A stretch of DNA of 48,952 bases, filler included, from Sphacelaria rigidula (GCA_964200075.2; 3 parts of 3 records of this genome joined end to end with filler, not necessarily neighbours in it), one strand, 5' to 3'. Shown: positions 1 through 13,140, counted from the whole stretch's first letter. Numbers and translations: made by a program. Notes: generated from the sequence alone by a model not told the origin.

Positions 1-1087
1 GTGCGCTAGCGGGAGGTAGCGTCTTCATCTTTTATAAATCGTCATAGGGCTGAAAAGTGGTTCGGCAGACCCGCAATCGCATCACCCTATAGCCTTCTAT
101 TCAGGGTCATCATCCACCCTGTAACACAGTCGTAGTGTACTGTTCTACTGTGCAGTAAATGTAAATAAGTACCAGCATCATATCGGGGTGAATCGCAATA
201 CAAGTATCATACTGTACCATACATGTATGATAGAGTACACACCGGTAAAGTAGAGAGGGAATAACAACGAACAAAAGATGCAGTCACAGCCCATTGTATT
301 CACTGTATGTACGGTATACTGGTACGTATGCTGTACATTCCACGGACAACAATACGGTTCCATTTGTCATACTTTGTCATGCTTGGTACCTGATGGGTCA
401 TATTACATTGTTTGATGGGACTGACTTGGCCGCCCCCCTTGGGACACAGCGTTTTGGATTATGCATCTTAACTAGCAAAGCACAAGTTAGCCTGTACGCC
501 AATAATACAAGAGCATCTACGCCATCATGGACTGCTATCTCAGAGGATTCTCTGGTCTTCACAAATGTAAGCTGACCTTCATGCAACACATGTTGTGCTG
601 CAGCCTGCCCGGCTCATGGCATGCCACCTGACCACTGGTGCGATGGCTGACTTTACACTTGGTAACGTCGAACTCAATGGCTTCGATACTAATGATGGTG
701 TTTGGGCCTGCTAGCCCCGGTGCCCACTGAACTGGCACCTCCCTACCTAGGTGGTGAGTATCGTACCATGACAGTACTCTGCACCGCAGCCACTGCAGCC
801 AATCAAGCTTGAAGCTCTACATTGCGCACGTTCGGCCTCAATGTTCTCCCGGAGTTACTAGTACGCACTGCCGTTCTTCCCACTCCTACTCCTGAATCTG
901 CAGAGTGACTGTTCTGCCCTCCATTTTCAGGTGTACCCTCGGCGTGCCTTTCCTGGTTCCGCTCTAGCAAAGCCCAAGCACCCAACGCTGCGCTGGGGTC
1001 TGTGGTGTATCTGTATAACGGGAGCCTCATGCTCCGTGTACTTTTGTCTTCCTCTAGCTACACACGGTAGTCGTGTACATGACTAGT

Positions 1088-2472
1088 CTACTCCTGGGAC
1101 TTACGCGTGATGTACCCACTAAACCACCCCATGATCAGTCTCAGTACGACCCGACGCTTCACCAAAGAACTATCTAGTACAGCCGGTCTTGAAGCTTGCA
1201 GGTAAAATCCATCGGAAATCACCATGTCGATGACACCGTCTTCCTCCACCAAGTCATCATCATCCAGCAACGTTTGTTTATCTTTGTCAGAAACATCTGT
1301 TTTGCACCAGGACACATGACAGGATCAAGCGACATGAAGAGGCGTACCAGGTAAAGATGAGAAACACCTAGAAAGAGGTGCAACGAGCACAGCATACAGA
1401 AGTAAACGCCGCGGACTCCTCCATGGGCACCGCACCCCGCCCTTGCATCGAGCCCTTTCGAAAGCAGCGCTTGGCCCATGGCACGCAGAACTCGCTGTCG
1501 GTCCAGGCGTTTTTCTGAAAGAACACGTCTACTCGATTGTCATATGCTGCTCTCTCCACCTTCGAGATCCGCTTACTGCTGCCTCTAAAAATGAGGGCAC
1601 ACCGCATGATCTTCCCACCGGGTCCATTTGTAGGTTGAACCGTAATTGCCTCTTTTCCAGTCCAGCAGATGGTTGCATGAAGGCGACACAGCCCTCGCCT
1701 CCCGGGGTCCAGGTCCAGGTCAGGCCGTTCACGAAAGATAGAGGCACCTGGTCAGAGTCAAACCTCTGGTCCAATTGGAACCGTCCGTACATCGCATCTC
1801 GCGCCTGAACAGCCGGCAGCCCGGCTTCCGCCTCTGAGAACACCGTACGCCTTCGACGCGCTGGCTCCTGCATAAGCTTGCGATATCTCCGGGGAAACTT
1901 CCTGATCTTCGGGAGACGCTCCTCCACAGACATGTTTTGGAGTTCGGCCCACCTCTGCGCCCATCTGAAGGACGGACAGAACGTTAGCGCCTTCGAATCG
2001 TTAGGATACTTTTCCTCCAGTAGTAGCTTCTTAAACGTCACCGAAATCCACAGCGTAGATATACCTTCAACTTTCTTCTGCGGCGTGCCATCAGTAACTT
2101 GTAGAGTTCCGTTTCTGCAGTAGGAAACCACTTTTTGGGCTGTTGCTTGGCGAAGAAGGTCACCGTCACTTCCTCTGTCGCACATTTTACGATGTTGTCC
2201 TCGTCTGCTGCCCACTTGCAGATGTTAGCGGTGTTAATGCTAGTTTCAGCCTGTAGAAATTGCTGCGGGCTGAGACCCGATGCTGCATACACCTCCTCCT
2301 CCTTGGCCCCCAGTGCCCGCAGCTCTCCGATTATGTAAGCATTTTCCCTGAACGTGTACCGCCTGCGCACAGTAGCGCCCCCTGCCTTCTTCTGCTTGTT
2401 TTTCTCTCGTGAAAAGCCGTTGTCACCCAAGTCGCCAGGCTTTGCGGAAACCTTAGGCTTTAGAACGAGCAT
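1088..2472 (-). pseudogene. Decayed pogo/Tigger-like (CENP-B HTH + DDE_1) transposase
   Basis: Three frameshifted ORFs carry RRRYTFRENAYII (psq-like HTH), FPTAETELY...LWI...FCPSFRWAQRW (CENP-B HTH), FDSDQVPLSF (first catalytic D), GLEKRQ, LIFRG..KRIS and VDVFFQKNAWTDSE. The region of the second and third catalytic residues is missing (internal deletion near 1400), followed by an acidic C-terminal tail. Confidence 0.85.
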
Positions 2473-2965
2473 TGCAGCGCTATTTGGGCGAGGGTCGGAA
2501 ATACTACCCTCCACAGAGGGGAGGAAACGCCACACCCAACAACGCCCATACGCTTGGCCTTTCCATGGCAGTATTGACTTCCCACCCTTGCGCAGCTGCC
2601 GCCCCAGACGCGCGCCCTGGTTCCACTGCGCGGCGCCGTGCACCGCCTATTCGTGCAAGCCACGACCTTGCGCTGCAAAAAATGTTTGAGGGCAAAACCG
2701 ACAGGGGATCCTCATTGGTGCGGGCGACGACCGGCTCTGGATGCTGGTAATTTTTTCAATGCGGCTTCCAGTAGTCGTCACAATCTGTCCATCACATATG
2801 AGTACAAACCGTGCGGGAATCCATAGCGTTCTAAGTCATCACCACTGAATTTGTCAACCCGAGCAGCACGATCGACAGCACAACAGCATGCAGTACTACT
2901 GTTGAACTGCACGGAAGCAGCACAAAAATGAGCCAAACGGTGGAAGCTGCAACAGAGTATTTCAG

Positions 2966-3217
2966 CAATGCGGTTCGTATACAACACGCGATTTTCGAAG
3001 TGGGGGATTGATTGTGTATGAGGATGGGCGAGGAACCTTCCAGTAGTCGGTGTACGAAATTCAAGTCGGGCTGAAAGTGAGATGATCCTCCTCTAGTTAG
3101 ACATCACAAGCAACAGAGATTTGTCATCGTTTCAAAATACCAAAAGGGTTCCCTCGCCCATCCTCATACGCAACCGATCCTCCACTCTCCTAATCGAATG
3201 TTACACGCGTGTATTGT
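2966..3217. mobile_element. Degenerate MITE / inverted repeat
   Basis: gtgggggattgattgtgtatgaggatgggcgaggaacc (about 3000-3038) is the inverted copy of ggttccctcgcccatcctcatacgcaaccgatcctccac (about 3147-3185). Weaker similarity extends outward. Confidence 0.55.
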
Positions 3218-3409
3218 CCATACATCATACATACTGTATGGTGAAACAATTGTGCATCATGATTTTACAGCCCTCTGTCCTTGTGGAGAACAGTGGGACC
3301 TGATACTTCTGTATTGTACTTTGGACAGTACATGTACGGTCTATTGATAGTAGTAAGGTCCAAAGCTGCAATGATTTAATTTGTCCATAAATATTCTACA
3401 TTACTATAC

Positions 3410-3610
3410 TAATTGCTGAACCCGTCTCGCGATGAAAAAATAAAAGGCAAGTACCTCAGAAGGATGGTGGGGTACTAAAAACAAATAAAAAAGAAAACGT
3501 TCCTGTGTTGACCTTCCTCCTGTGTGACCCNNNNNNNNNNCTGATGCGCCCACATATACCGAAAGGTGTAGACTGGCGTCCAGAATAGATGGGACGACAA
3601 CACAACACAC
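3410..3610 (+). mobile_element. 5'-truncated copy of tRNA-derived SINE
   Basis: Shares body and CA-rich 3' end (gcgcccacatataccgaaaggtgtagactggcgtccagaatagatgggacgacaacac) with the copies at 26251-26567 and about 39170-39417. Confidence 0.75.
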
Positions 3611-3668
3611 ACTGTACTACTGCACTGCACTGCACTGTACTGTACTGTACTGTACTGTACTGTGCTGT
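3611..3668 (+). repeat. (CTGTA/CTGCA)n pentanucleotide microsatellite
   Basis: Direct tandem repeat immediately after the SINE 3' end. Confidence 0.9.
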
Positions 3669-3747
3669 AGTTACAAAAACAACCGATACACAGTCCTGAA
3701 GTGCTGTGCGATACTATAGCAATGTACGTACTCAGGACAATCATGGA

Positions 3748-4365
3748 TCAAACCTGGAAAAGCACAATCAGCATGGAGAGATTTCTCACCGGACGGCCGT
3801 GGGCGCTGGCCCAACATCCTATGAGGTCGCCGCCCATGATGTTCTCTGCAGCTTGCTTACGCTCCCCCACGTCTCGCTTGACTTGCTTGCTGCTGGGTGT
3901 TGACACTGATCCGGCGTCGGATGTTTTCCGCTTGCCGCTGGCATGAGGCCGAGGACGTGATTGACAGCTTGCCGAATTTTGCGCGCTGCTGTTGCCGAGT
4001 ATATCGGCAACCTTGTTGTCAACTTGCTCTTTGTGCTGCGATTCCGATAGAATACTCATGCCCTTGAGCTCCGATTACAAGCAGAAACCCTCCAAACTAT
4101 CATCCTTCAGAGAGGAGCCTTGCATGATGTGTCCCTTGAGCTGCTCGAAATATCGCTGGAGAATCATACCGTCAATTTGGATCTTGGCGAGTGCCTGCAG
4201 GTCTCGCATAGCCTGATTGGACAACGTCATCCCTGCGGATTGCAGCCCGCGCTGCTGCGATATCCAAAGGCGATCACTCTGGGCACTGCGGTGTAATACA
4301 ACGGTATAGAGGTATGCACTACCGCAGGTAGGTGCGTACCGCGCATTGTCCAACTGATCGCTCAA
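3748..4365 (-). pseudogene. Interrupted reading frame of unknown function (possibly TE-associated)
   Basis: ORFs 4365-4075 and 4059-3748 are in the same frame, separated by a single TAA (about 205 codons in total). A further charged frame lies upstream at about 4900-4560. Confidence 0.4.
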
Positions 4366-7300
4366 CCAGCGAGCACATTCTTGTGCGCCGACAGCAGTCA
4401 GTCATCTTCCGATCATCTACACGAAAGTGTATTATTTCTTGTACAATTCCTGTGCTGTAGTACAGTACTGTATTGCACTGTACAGTACAAGATATATACA
4501 GACAATAATGTACCGTATATTCTCTACGGGGGGGGGGGGTGTAGAGAGGGGTTGGGCATCCTCGCTTCGAGGGGCTGATGGGCCTGGGACCAGTTTCTTA
4601 ATTCCCAAGGTTGCAGTGTTGATGACAGATTTCTTACCCGCCGAGCCTCTTGCATCTTTCAATCTCTTATTCTTATTTTCGCTCCGATCTGAGCAAAATT
4701 TCTTGGCATCAATTTCTTCAAATCTGAAATTTTTGAGTCTCGATTTCTTAAGTGGTTATTTCTCAAGTATTATCGCCACCTGTAGCTCATGTTCCGCAGC
4801 ACTGTCCTTGCGACAGGCTGACTACCGTTCAGCGAACAGTAGTGTATGGCAGAGGTTGCACCGTGGTTGTGAGACCACTTGTTTTTGCAGCATCAAATAA
4901 GAGCCGATGAGACAGATGGTTGATTAAACTCTTCACTTGGCCGAGACAAAACAGACCGCACAGTCTCTTCTCAAAGCAGAGAACTGAAGGTGGTGAAGGA
5001 GAGTGATTGCCGGCGGGTGGTCAGGTTGACCAAGCTCAGCGCACTCAGTCCTTGGAACAAAAAGAACCTCTAAATGTACGTGAGGCTAAAACGCATCCTC
5101 AACACTGACGTGTTGGTTTGCCAGCTCACGGACTAGATTATCCCCAACCTACGTGAGTACAGTACGCTACTCACAAGCAATGGCAACACACTATCGTATC
5201 CAACGAGGTTACGTGGCTAAGCTTGAAAGATATCTACCATCAAGGATTCGCATGAAACGGTACTGTACCCAGCGTCATTGGTGGGGTTGGGGCCCTTTTT
5301 GAACCGGAACCTATTGTGCCGCTAACTTACTACAGAGTCGAAAAGCCGGAAGGACACGAACAGCTAGATTACTGGCTGTATAATTTTTCAATATCTAGAT
5401 CGGGGGAAGCATTGCTTGTGAGTTGAACCTCATCTTTTGTTCAACCCCATTTTTGTGAATCCGCTGGTTTGTCTGAGAGACCTTTCACGTAGGATATTGC
5501 TGGAGTAGGCGTGTTGCCATGATTTGGCACAAAAAAAAACTCTAGCTGAGTATCTAGGCCACTTGACCCTTGTGGGACCGACCACCCACTGACACAGGGT
5601 TGACCCTGTGTTTGTGAAATAATTGAAACTAAGTCTTCGAGCGACCTGCCCAATCACGACGAGGCGAGATTTATCGACCAGCGCGGGATTTTTGGCGATT
5701 GTGATGCTACTGCAAAGATCGCGTGCATCCTATCCTTGGCCCAGATAAGTCTTCCCAGGTTTCCAAGTGCAAGGCGGTCGGAACTTGGTTATGTGATATT
5801 ACTTGCACTCAGTACAGCTTTCCCGAGTTTTCCGGTGGGTTTTCTGGGTCACAATTTTATACTAAAACGCAGGAATTACACAACCACATGGTGGACCGGA
5901 ATAACCGGGGAGGAGTGCACATGCTATACCGTGTGATCATTTTCACGAGGCACTAAACCCCAGGTGGGCCGTGGAAAGACAAGGAGCTACCGTCATGGAT
6001 TCTGCTTATCCCTCTGCCGATGACTTGCAGTGTGCAGTTACTATTATATGGCATGGATGAAGAAGTGGTATGTAGGCAGTTGGTCTCAGTAGCTGAGAAT
6101 TGCCCAGAATGTGCAAGGGAGTATACAGCGGCAGCTGCTGCTTTAGTCGGAGAGGCGTACTACACTACTGTACTGTACTATACTGTTGCATGCATGCGTG
6201 CCGCAACACTGATACCGTTCGAAGAGAATTCGCCGCATGCAAAACAGGGGGAAATGGCGGCCCACCCAGACCACAAAGGGCTGTGTGGCAAGGTGATGGG
6301 GGGAAAAGTACTATACAAAGCCACAAGTGGCAGGCGGTCCGCCGGTCGCCGTATCCTGTTGAAAGCTCTCTACCGCGACCCATACTGCTTGCTCAATCAG
6401 ATGTACACCAACCTAATACGCATCCAGCACCTGGAAATAGACTAGATGGAACTTTCGGTCTTCGTCATAACCCTGCGGTTACATACCCGGATTTTCACCA
6501 ACACGCCACTGTTTCGTGCAGGCGCCAGACACGTCATTCCTGACCAGCCTCACTGGTCGTTCTGCAGGCCCGGTTCCAAAAGGGTTAAGCTGAAGGATAT
6601 CTCGTGTGTGTGAGATTGCAGTTGATCAAAGCTAAGAGCTGGTATGGCTACCGTGTCAAACAACGTTTTCGTGAGATTGAGAGTAGAGCACTGATTGAGA
6701 GTGGCTTTGATCATTCGCTCTAACTTATCCAATTTTTCATTTCGTGTGTTGTGCTTTTCTTTGCCTCCATTATGGACATGTGCTTACACCTATACGTCGA
6801 TATCCTACTCGGGGATATCAAGGGCCTCAGTGGCAAGCTACTACAGAAAGCATATCGGGCCTCGTGGCGGGTCATTTCGGAACTGAAACGACTCATTCAC
6901 TAATTGACCGCTTTTACTTTGGTTGCATCCTCTACTCTCAATCTTACGAAAATATTGTTGTGAATATTAAACAGTGTTTTCGTAAGATTGAGAGTACCAC
7001 ATCGGATTGAGAGTAGAATTTGCATTCGAAAGATGGGTCAGTTGTGCCTTCCCGATTAATGGACGAAAAGCTTAGGTAGGACATTGATGGAAAAAACTGC
7101 CCTTCAAGATGTTGATGTTTCATGAACATGAAGCTGTCGTGAGATAGAGAATAGCAGATGTGATTGATGTGAAAATGTTCCCGTGTCAGAAAACACTTGT
7201 TTCGAATGACTTCGGACCATTGGCCGGCGAGGAAAGTTCTGCTGTTGAATCAGAATCAATCGTCTTGACTGAGTGATTTGTTCAGACTTTTATTTTCCCT

Positions 7301-8861
7301 CGACTTGTCTGAAAAACAATCTGAAAAGACTTCCGATGTTATATTCTCAGAGAAATCTGGAGTCAGTCTTGAATTCATAAATCGTCTGAAGTGGATAAAG
7401 TCCCTACATCACATTTTTTAAAAGAAGGTAGAAAATGTCTAAGAATGTCGGAGATTTTGGAATATAAAAAACATCACCAGTGAATTGATACATACCCCTA
7501 ACATGGATGAAAATACACGACCCTTGTCCTGGAGGATCCTCGGTTGGTAGACTGGGAGGGGACGTGAGAGGCACAAACGTTGTGCCACGTCCTCTCCAGA
7601 CGAAATAGCAGGAGAAGCAATAAAAAAACACTTCACGCCTCCTGAAAGTCAGCATGAGCACACGAGCAGGCAAAAACAGCGGTTGCCCTCAGATGCGAAA
7701 CGGCCTCTAGTCTAGTGCAGGTAGTGGTGCGCGTGAGGTATTGGGGCGGAAACGTGCTGGAGAAGAGTTTGCAAACCAAGGATCCGAAAAACCCTTCATA
7801 AGAACCAGGCAAGTTCATCGAGAGTGACCGCGGTTCAAAGAGGATTTGCCCCTCCGGACCAAGTCGTTGTCCCACCACATGTCATTAATGTACGCAGAGT
7901 TACACTGAAAAGCACGAACTCATGTAGCACCGCTTGAAGGCTCTGTGCGACACACACAGCCCTGATTGGCGAAATGCTATCTCATGAACAAATTCGGGTA
8001 TTTCTGTGGAAACACGCTCCCGAAAAAGGGTCTGAAGGGGCACATGTTCCACATATCTATTGCCAGGTAACGTGCAAGTGCTGTGTATCCGCTGACGTGG
8101 AAACCCGGTCCACCAAGTATGTGGTCGTTGATGCTTACTTTTATCTAGGCCAAGTGTGGGAGGTACGTAGATATGGATGTTCAATATTCGACTGCAGTAG
8201 AAGTGGACATATGGTGAAGACAGTATCCTGTAGCACAACTACACACTGTATACGATTTCTTCAAGCCTAAAGAGTATGCACGATCACAAGAAGATTGATG
8301 GGTCCGTTTTCGCGCGATAACGACGGTCTACACATCCAGCTCGGGAGTCAGAAACCCTTATCGTGGCCAGTCAAAGCTATCTTTCTTACCATTCCTCCCC
8401 TGCTTGAGACCATCATGACAGATGACATCAACATCCCACGTGGAACCTGACGTCGCAAAAGTTGCGTCCAGTACCGCCGGGAACTCTTCAAGTTTTGCAC
8501 TCGAATCAGGGTGGATATTGCTGTTTAATCGACGAAGCTTCACCCCCGTCCCGACCCGGTGTTATGTCAGACCAATCCTCGGCCATTCAGCTGAGCCGTA
8601 AAAAGCCATTCCATAGGTTGAGTACAGTTCAATCTTGAGGATCGCACGGTACCTCGCGCTCGGTTCGGTGCACATCCCGAGCTACTGTTCCCTCCTTTCT
8701 CGACTAGCACCACCCCGATACTTCTGAGAGTATTGCAGACAGCCTCTGCGCCAACCCAGCAGCCATTCAGCACGAATGATCCGCGTTGACTGCTACTGTC
8801 CAGTCGCCAGCCGACTCCACCTGATCTTCCCACGATATTCGTCTACAGTACTCCTCAGTGC

Positions 8862-8979
8862 TCATGATGTACCCTCTCCGTCCAGCCGATCCATCTCTGC
8901 CCTCAGGTCCATGGAGGCCTTGAGGGTGGCCTTGCGGAGGCGTTCATTCGGCGCGTTCTCGCAGGCTTCCCTGCACCGC
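8862..8979 (-). CDS. Probable terminal exon of the E2 gene
   Basis: After the acceptor ccCAG|G it reads RCREACENAPNERLRKATLKASMDLRAEMDRLDGEGTS*. Codons are GC3-rich like the other exons and the amphipathic helical tail is typical of this E2 class. It needs phase 2, whereas exon D as assembled gives phase 1. Confidence 0.6.
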
Positions 8980-9758
8980 CTGGGTAATCCAACGATAGTG
9001 CGCGTGACGGGTGGAGGAAGAACGTCTTATTGATCCTCGGTCCAACTTGTGGGAAACTAATAAATGTACCGAGATAGGCATCATCACACCTCGACATCCC
9101 GATATATTCCGACCTTTCCGAGGCGGCAGCAGTGTAGCACTCGTCTATTGCCACCTACTATCGTGGTGTAAAAAAGCAAGTAGATAGCAAATCGCGGATA
9201 CTTCACTCGTCGACTCGGAAGTGCTTTACCCCGGCCTTCTGACTCATGTCCTTCTTCATTTTTTTCGGAACGCAAAGCCCATCCTAACCCCACATCAACC
9301 CAGATGACCTTCACCCACAATTGGCAAGGCGACTCAAATCTTGGTTCACAACTTGGATATCAACGCCTGGTGAGACGAAGTGAACCTCTGTACAGTAGCA
9401 CGCCGAAGGCGCGACACTCTTTTTTTTGTTAATGCGGAGCCCCAGTAACAATTATATCCTATTTCGTTGTTGGCTTTCACCACTAGAACGTATGATTTAC
9501 CAAGGAGGATTTCTATTCACAAGCACACACAAATGACCCTGCAACAACCATGGATCATGCTCACCGTCTGATTTTTCCGATAAACACGAAAAGAAGATGC
9601 TGTGTTGAAAAACATCGGCTCGACTACTTGAACTGTAAATTGGTGGAAACCGATATCCGAATTCAACAGTAGCCTATACTATACTTTTTATTGTGAACGG
9701 TAAATAGTTTCGACGGGTTAACCGGAATACTATAATTCAAGTGCGCTGTGCCACCGAC

Positions 9759-10307
9759 TTACGCAGCAAGGCATGGCGCGGCGCAAGCATACAGCATTGC
9801 CGTCACGCGGCACAGCACACTTGCACACTTTGCACGATGCACGCCTTTACAGCAAGCACTCTTAGCTTGTTGAGCAATGTTCCGAATGTCGACATGTGTG
9901 ATATCAAGTATCTCAGCAACACGAGCTAGCTCTATATCAAGAGAACAACCAAACTGCCCAAAGGCTGTATTGAAGATATTGGACATCACTTTCACAGATT
10001 GCCACGCCTTCATCTCTAACCTGGTCCGCGGGAACACATCATCTAAGAGCAAATTCTTCATAAACAGGAATTTACGCGGACACACGGTACAGAGCAGCTC
10101 TCCAAAGCTCGAAGAAGTTTTTGAGAACTGTGCGCCACGAATGAAAGCTTCGTTCGATACGCCTGAACGCATGTACAAGCTTCGTAGTCTCCGGGTGCTG
10201 TTTGCCGTTCCATCAACAAGCCGAAGCACACCGGTCATTGATGAGTGTAAGAGATGGGTGAGCATATTTTCACCGGTTTTGTCCCGTATCGGCAGAAGAC
10301 AGAACAC
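9759..10307 (-). other. 182-codon intronic ORF of unknown origin (possible TE remnant)
   Basis: Long stop-free frame inside the last intron of the E2 gene. No confident family motif. Confidence 0.3.
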
Positions 10308-11227
10308 AATCTATGGCCATACTGCACCGTCGGCGCATGTACATGTGGTCGAGGAGTTTGATGCCCGTACATATAGTCAAGCAATTTTGCGTTTTTCACA
10401 AATGTAAGACATATTTCATATTACTGGTTGTGTATCCATGTGCTTCAGTTTATGCCGAGGTTGTCAAGACGTTAAAAAAAGTCTCCAACTACGAAGCTGG
10501 TGCGTCACCCATTATAACCCCTACTACGTACACCTCTGAAGGTATGTGGAGGCCTCGACTCTTGGTACCCTCGTGTAACTCATCTCCTACCGTGCTACCG
10601 CCAGTTGGAGGTATTGCCTATAGGGTCGTGTACGTTACGATTGCGGTTTCGCAAGATTGATGACAACAAACCGTGTCACTGGTAGGTGGTGCTTTCTCCT
10701 CTGTGCTAGGCGACGCTTTTGCCCCTCAATCAGATAAAGGGGCCTGGGGTAAGTCTCCAACCAAAAGCAAAACGCATACACACAAACACGAAGCACGCTC
10801 TACGAAGCTCAAATGTTTTTCTTTCTGCATGCCAGCTTTTCAACCACTTCACGAGCTCGAATTGGCTTACAGGTGCGCGCCCAACGGTCCTCATTGTGCT
10901 CCAACCTTCCGCATGCTGGATTGAATCCTGAGCCAGAGAACTACTCATCAGGAAGCGGGTGTACAGTGCTTCACTGTTCGATTCAGCCAGTTGCCAAGAC
11001 GCTAGTGCTATTCCTGCGTGCTCGTGGCGGATCGTTTTGCGAAAACAACTTGTGTCAGAAATCCATGGCGCAGAAATCGGGTGAAAACGAAATGAAAGGT
11101 TCCTAACTTCCAGAGAAGCAGAACGTCGCAAAAAAAGTCCCAAAAACAATGTACCCGCATTTTAGGAGGAACGACAACGCCCCCCCCCCCCCCCCCCCCC
11201 ACACCCCCCTTCCCCCCCTTTCCGTAC

Positions 11228-11419
11228 TCCCCCTTCTTCTCCTTTCCCCCGCCCCCCGGAAAGGGGTCTCCCCGAGCTCGTCGCAGCCTGAGGGGGGGTT
11301 ACGCAGGTTGGCAACGGCAGCGTGGCGGATTGTCTCGAGCATAATGCGCGCGTTTTCGTCGGCGGAGGCTCGCTTCGTCTGTGCCGTTTCCTGTCCCTTC
11401 ATGTTGCTCCGGCCCCCGC
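11228..11419 (-). CDS. E2 UBC gene exon D (3' boundary uncertain)
   Basis: The acceptor tatCAG|GC completes a Gly codon in frame, giving GGGRSNMKGQETAQTKRASADENARIMLETIRHAAVANLRNPPSGCDEL. This matches the 'S..YN..I...TIR.A....LRNPP.G' C-terminal helices. The end is G-rich and looks low quality. Confidence 0.8.
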
Positions 11420-12252
11420 CTGATATTTATTTTGGATAATTAGGAGAAAGAAATGCACGAGGTTTGGTTTCGGGTAGGGCTAATCGCATGATTGGGAGTC
11501 TTTTTTTTTTTTCGTGCCCATATGCTGCTGCTTGGTGGGGGTACGCTTGTACTCACAGCTGCTAGTAAATTGTAGAAAGGAGGGAGACGGGAAATGATGT
11601 GCTTGCATTCTTTGTTGTTTGCGTAGCTCACGTTGGCTGAATAGCGGTCGGTATTCTTGGTACAATACCACACGGTGGTTCAACGCCACAGCTGCCAGCG
11701 AAGGATTACCCACACCCCGAACATGGCGCACGTATCATGTAGCGGCGGAAGAAACGAACGCAACCTTACCGGTGAATGTCGGTTCATACACGCACCGATT
11801 GTCTTGAGTACACCACACTGGCACCACTCATATTTTGAAGCCAAGCTCACCCCCGTCCTACGGAGCAACGTAGGGGCGCACTTTTTGCGCGAAATCTTGT
11901 CTGGTTCAGGGACTCCCAAAGGTTCTACACGCACAATAATATGGGTCAGGGCACTCCCGTTTGTAAATTCGTTCGGCATATCCCTACGAGTAGCTCATTG
12001 GAATAGTAATCCTGGCGTACTCTCACATATTTCATAAGTCGTGTTTTGCATGATATGAAGGGCTCCCAACAATTATGATCTCAAAAAATATTCGTGCACC
12101 CCTACCGTAGCATCCCTCCAAGAGAGGGAGGGCACAGCTAGCCCGGCGTCAACACCCATCCGGAGGTAAGCAAATCTCAACATGTACTACCCAGCCGCGT
12201 GCGTGTACACCCGGCCGATGGCCATGCGACCGCTGCACCGAGCAAGACTTGC

Positions 12253-12307
12253 CTTCGTTGTAGTACGGGTCTTTCACGAGCACCAGGGTCTGGATGGACG
12301 CAAAAAC
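12253..12307 (-). CDS. E2 UBC gene exon C
   Basis: Encodes VFASIQTLVLVKDPYYNE(G), matching the UBC 'QVL.SIQ.L.LV..PY.NE.G' helix. Acceptor is CAG and the donor is non-canonical AAG|GCAAGT. Confidence 0.88.
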
Positions 12308-12831
12308 CTGCGGGGTCAGTAAACGTGCCGTGCTTGTATGTATGACAAAGTGAACGTGCCACGGGTTAGTATGCGTTAAGATGCCAACTAAAGGACTCAC
12401 TCTTCATATACGCTGGTCGTAAACCCTCAAAGACAGTATATATCTCTTTCTCGGCCATCGCCGTGCTCCGCCAGGCGGTGCCAACGCTCAGGCAACTGGT
12501 ACATCTGGACCATGGTTGCCCGAACTGCGGCGTTTTTACAGCGCTGTCTAACCTAGTACATACTCTTGTACCGCGGAAATACAGGACCACCTGGTACCCG
12601 TACACGACGGCAGTACTGTAGTGCGAGGAAAAACCGCTGTCGCCGCGAATTTCGTATGGAAACCGTTCAGAACCGCAGCAACTGGACGCCATCACTATAG
12701 TAGTTCTCGAGCAAGTGCAAGCAGTTTCGAGTCACGTAATTTCAAGCAAGGCCTCTCGAAATATTTGTTTCTGAGGAGAAAGTAATAGCTAAGGTGCCCA
12801 ACTGCGCCGTTCCGACAAAGCCGCACAGCAC

Positions 12832-12949
12832 CTGCCACAGCGAGCTCGTATCCGGGTTCCACTTGTCCGTTCCGACGACACTCGCCCCGGTGTCCTTACC
12901 GAGCAGGCTCAGGCACACCTTGCCGTCCGTGTAGAGGTTGGCATTGAAC
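12832..12949 (-). CDS. E2 UBC gene exon B (catalytic Cys)
   Basis: A phase-2 join gives R-FNANLYTDGKVCLSLLGKDTGASVVGTDKWNPDTSSLWQ, matching the RFNPNLY..GKVCLSLL..W motif. Acceptor is CAG (AG at 12951-12950) and donor is CAG|GTGCTG at 12831. Confidence 0.93.
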
Positions 12950-13140
12950 CTGTTCATCCAGGACCAGATCGGGGTATGAGGGGTAGCAAACAACCGACAC
13001 GGTACGATAGGCTTCAATTTGTCGTTTTCTAATTAAGGGGCAAAGCCAACAACACGTAAAAATCACAAGAAGAGTGACAAAAATGGTATGTGGTACTCAA
13101 GATACCATGAGCATGCGAAGAATAAACAATAAAAACGTAC

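Noticed and set aside
5400-8300. Plus-strand exon-like fragments and a short internal duplication (6661-6710 vs 6971-7020)
   Set aside because: Multiple stops, no consistent splice model and no recognisable motif, so no call can be supported.
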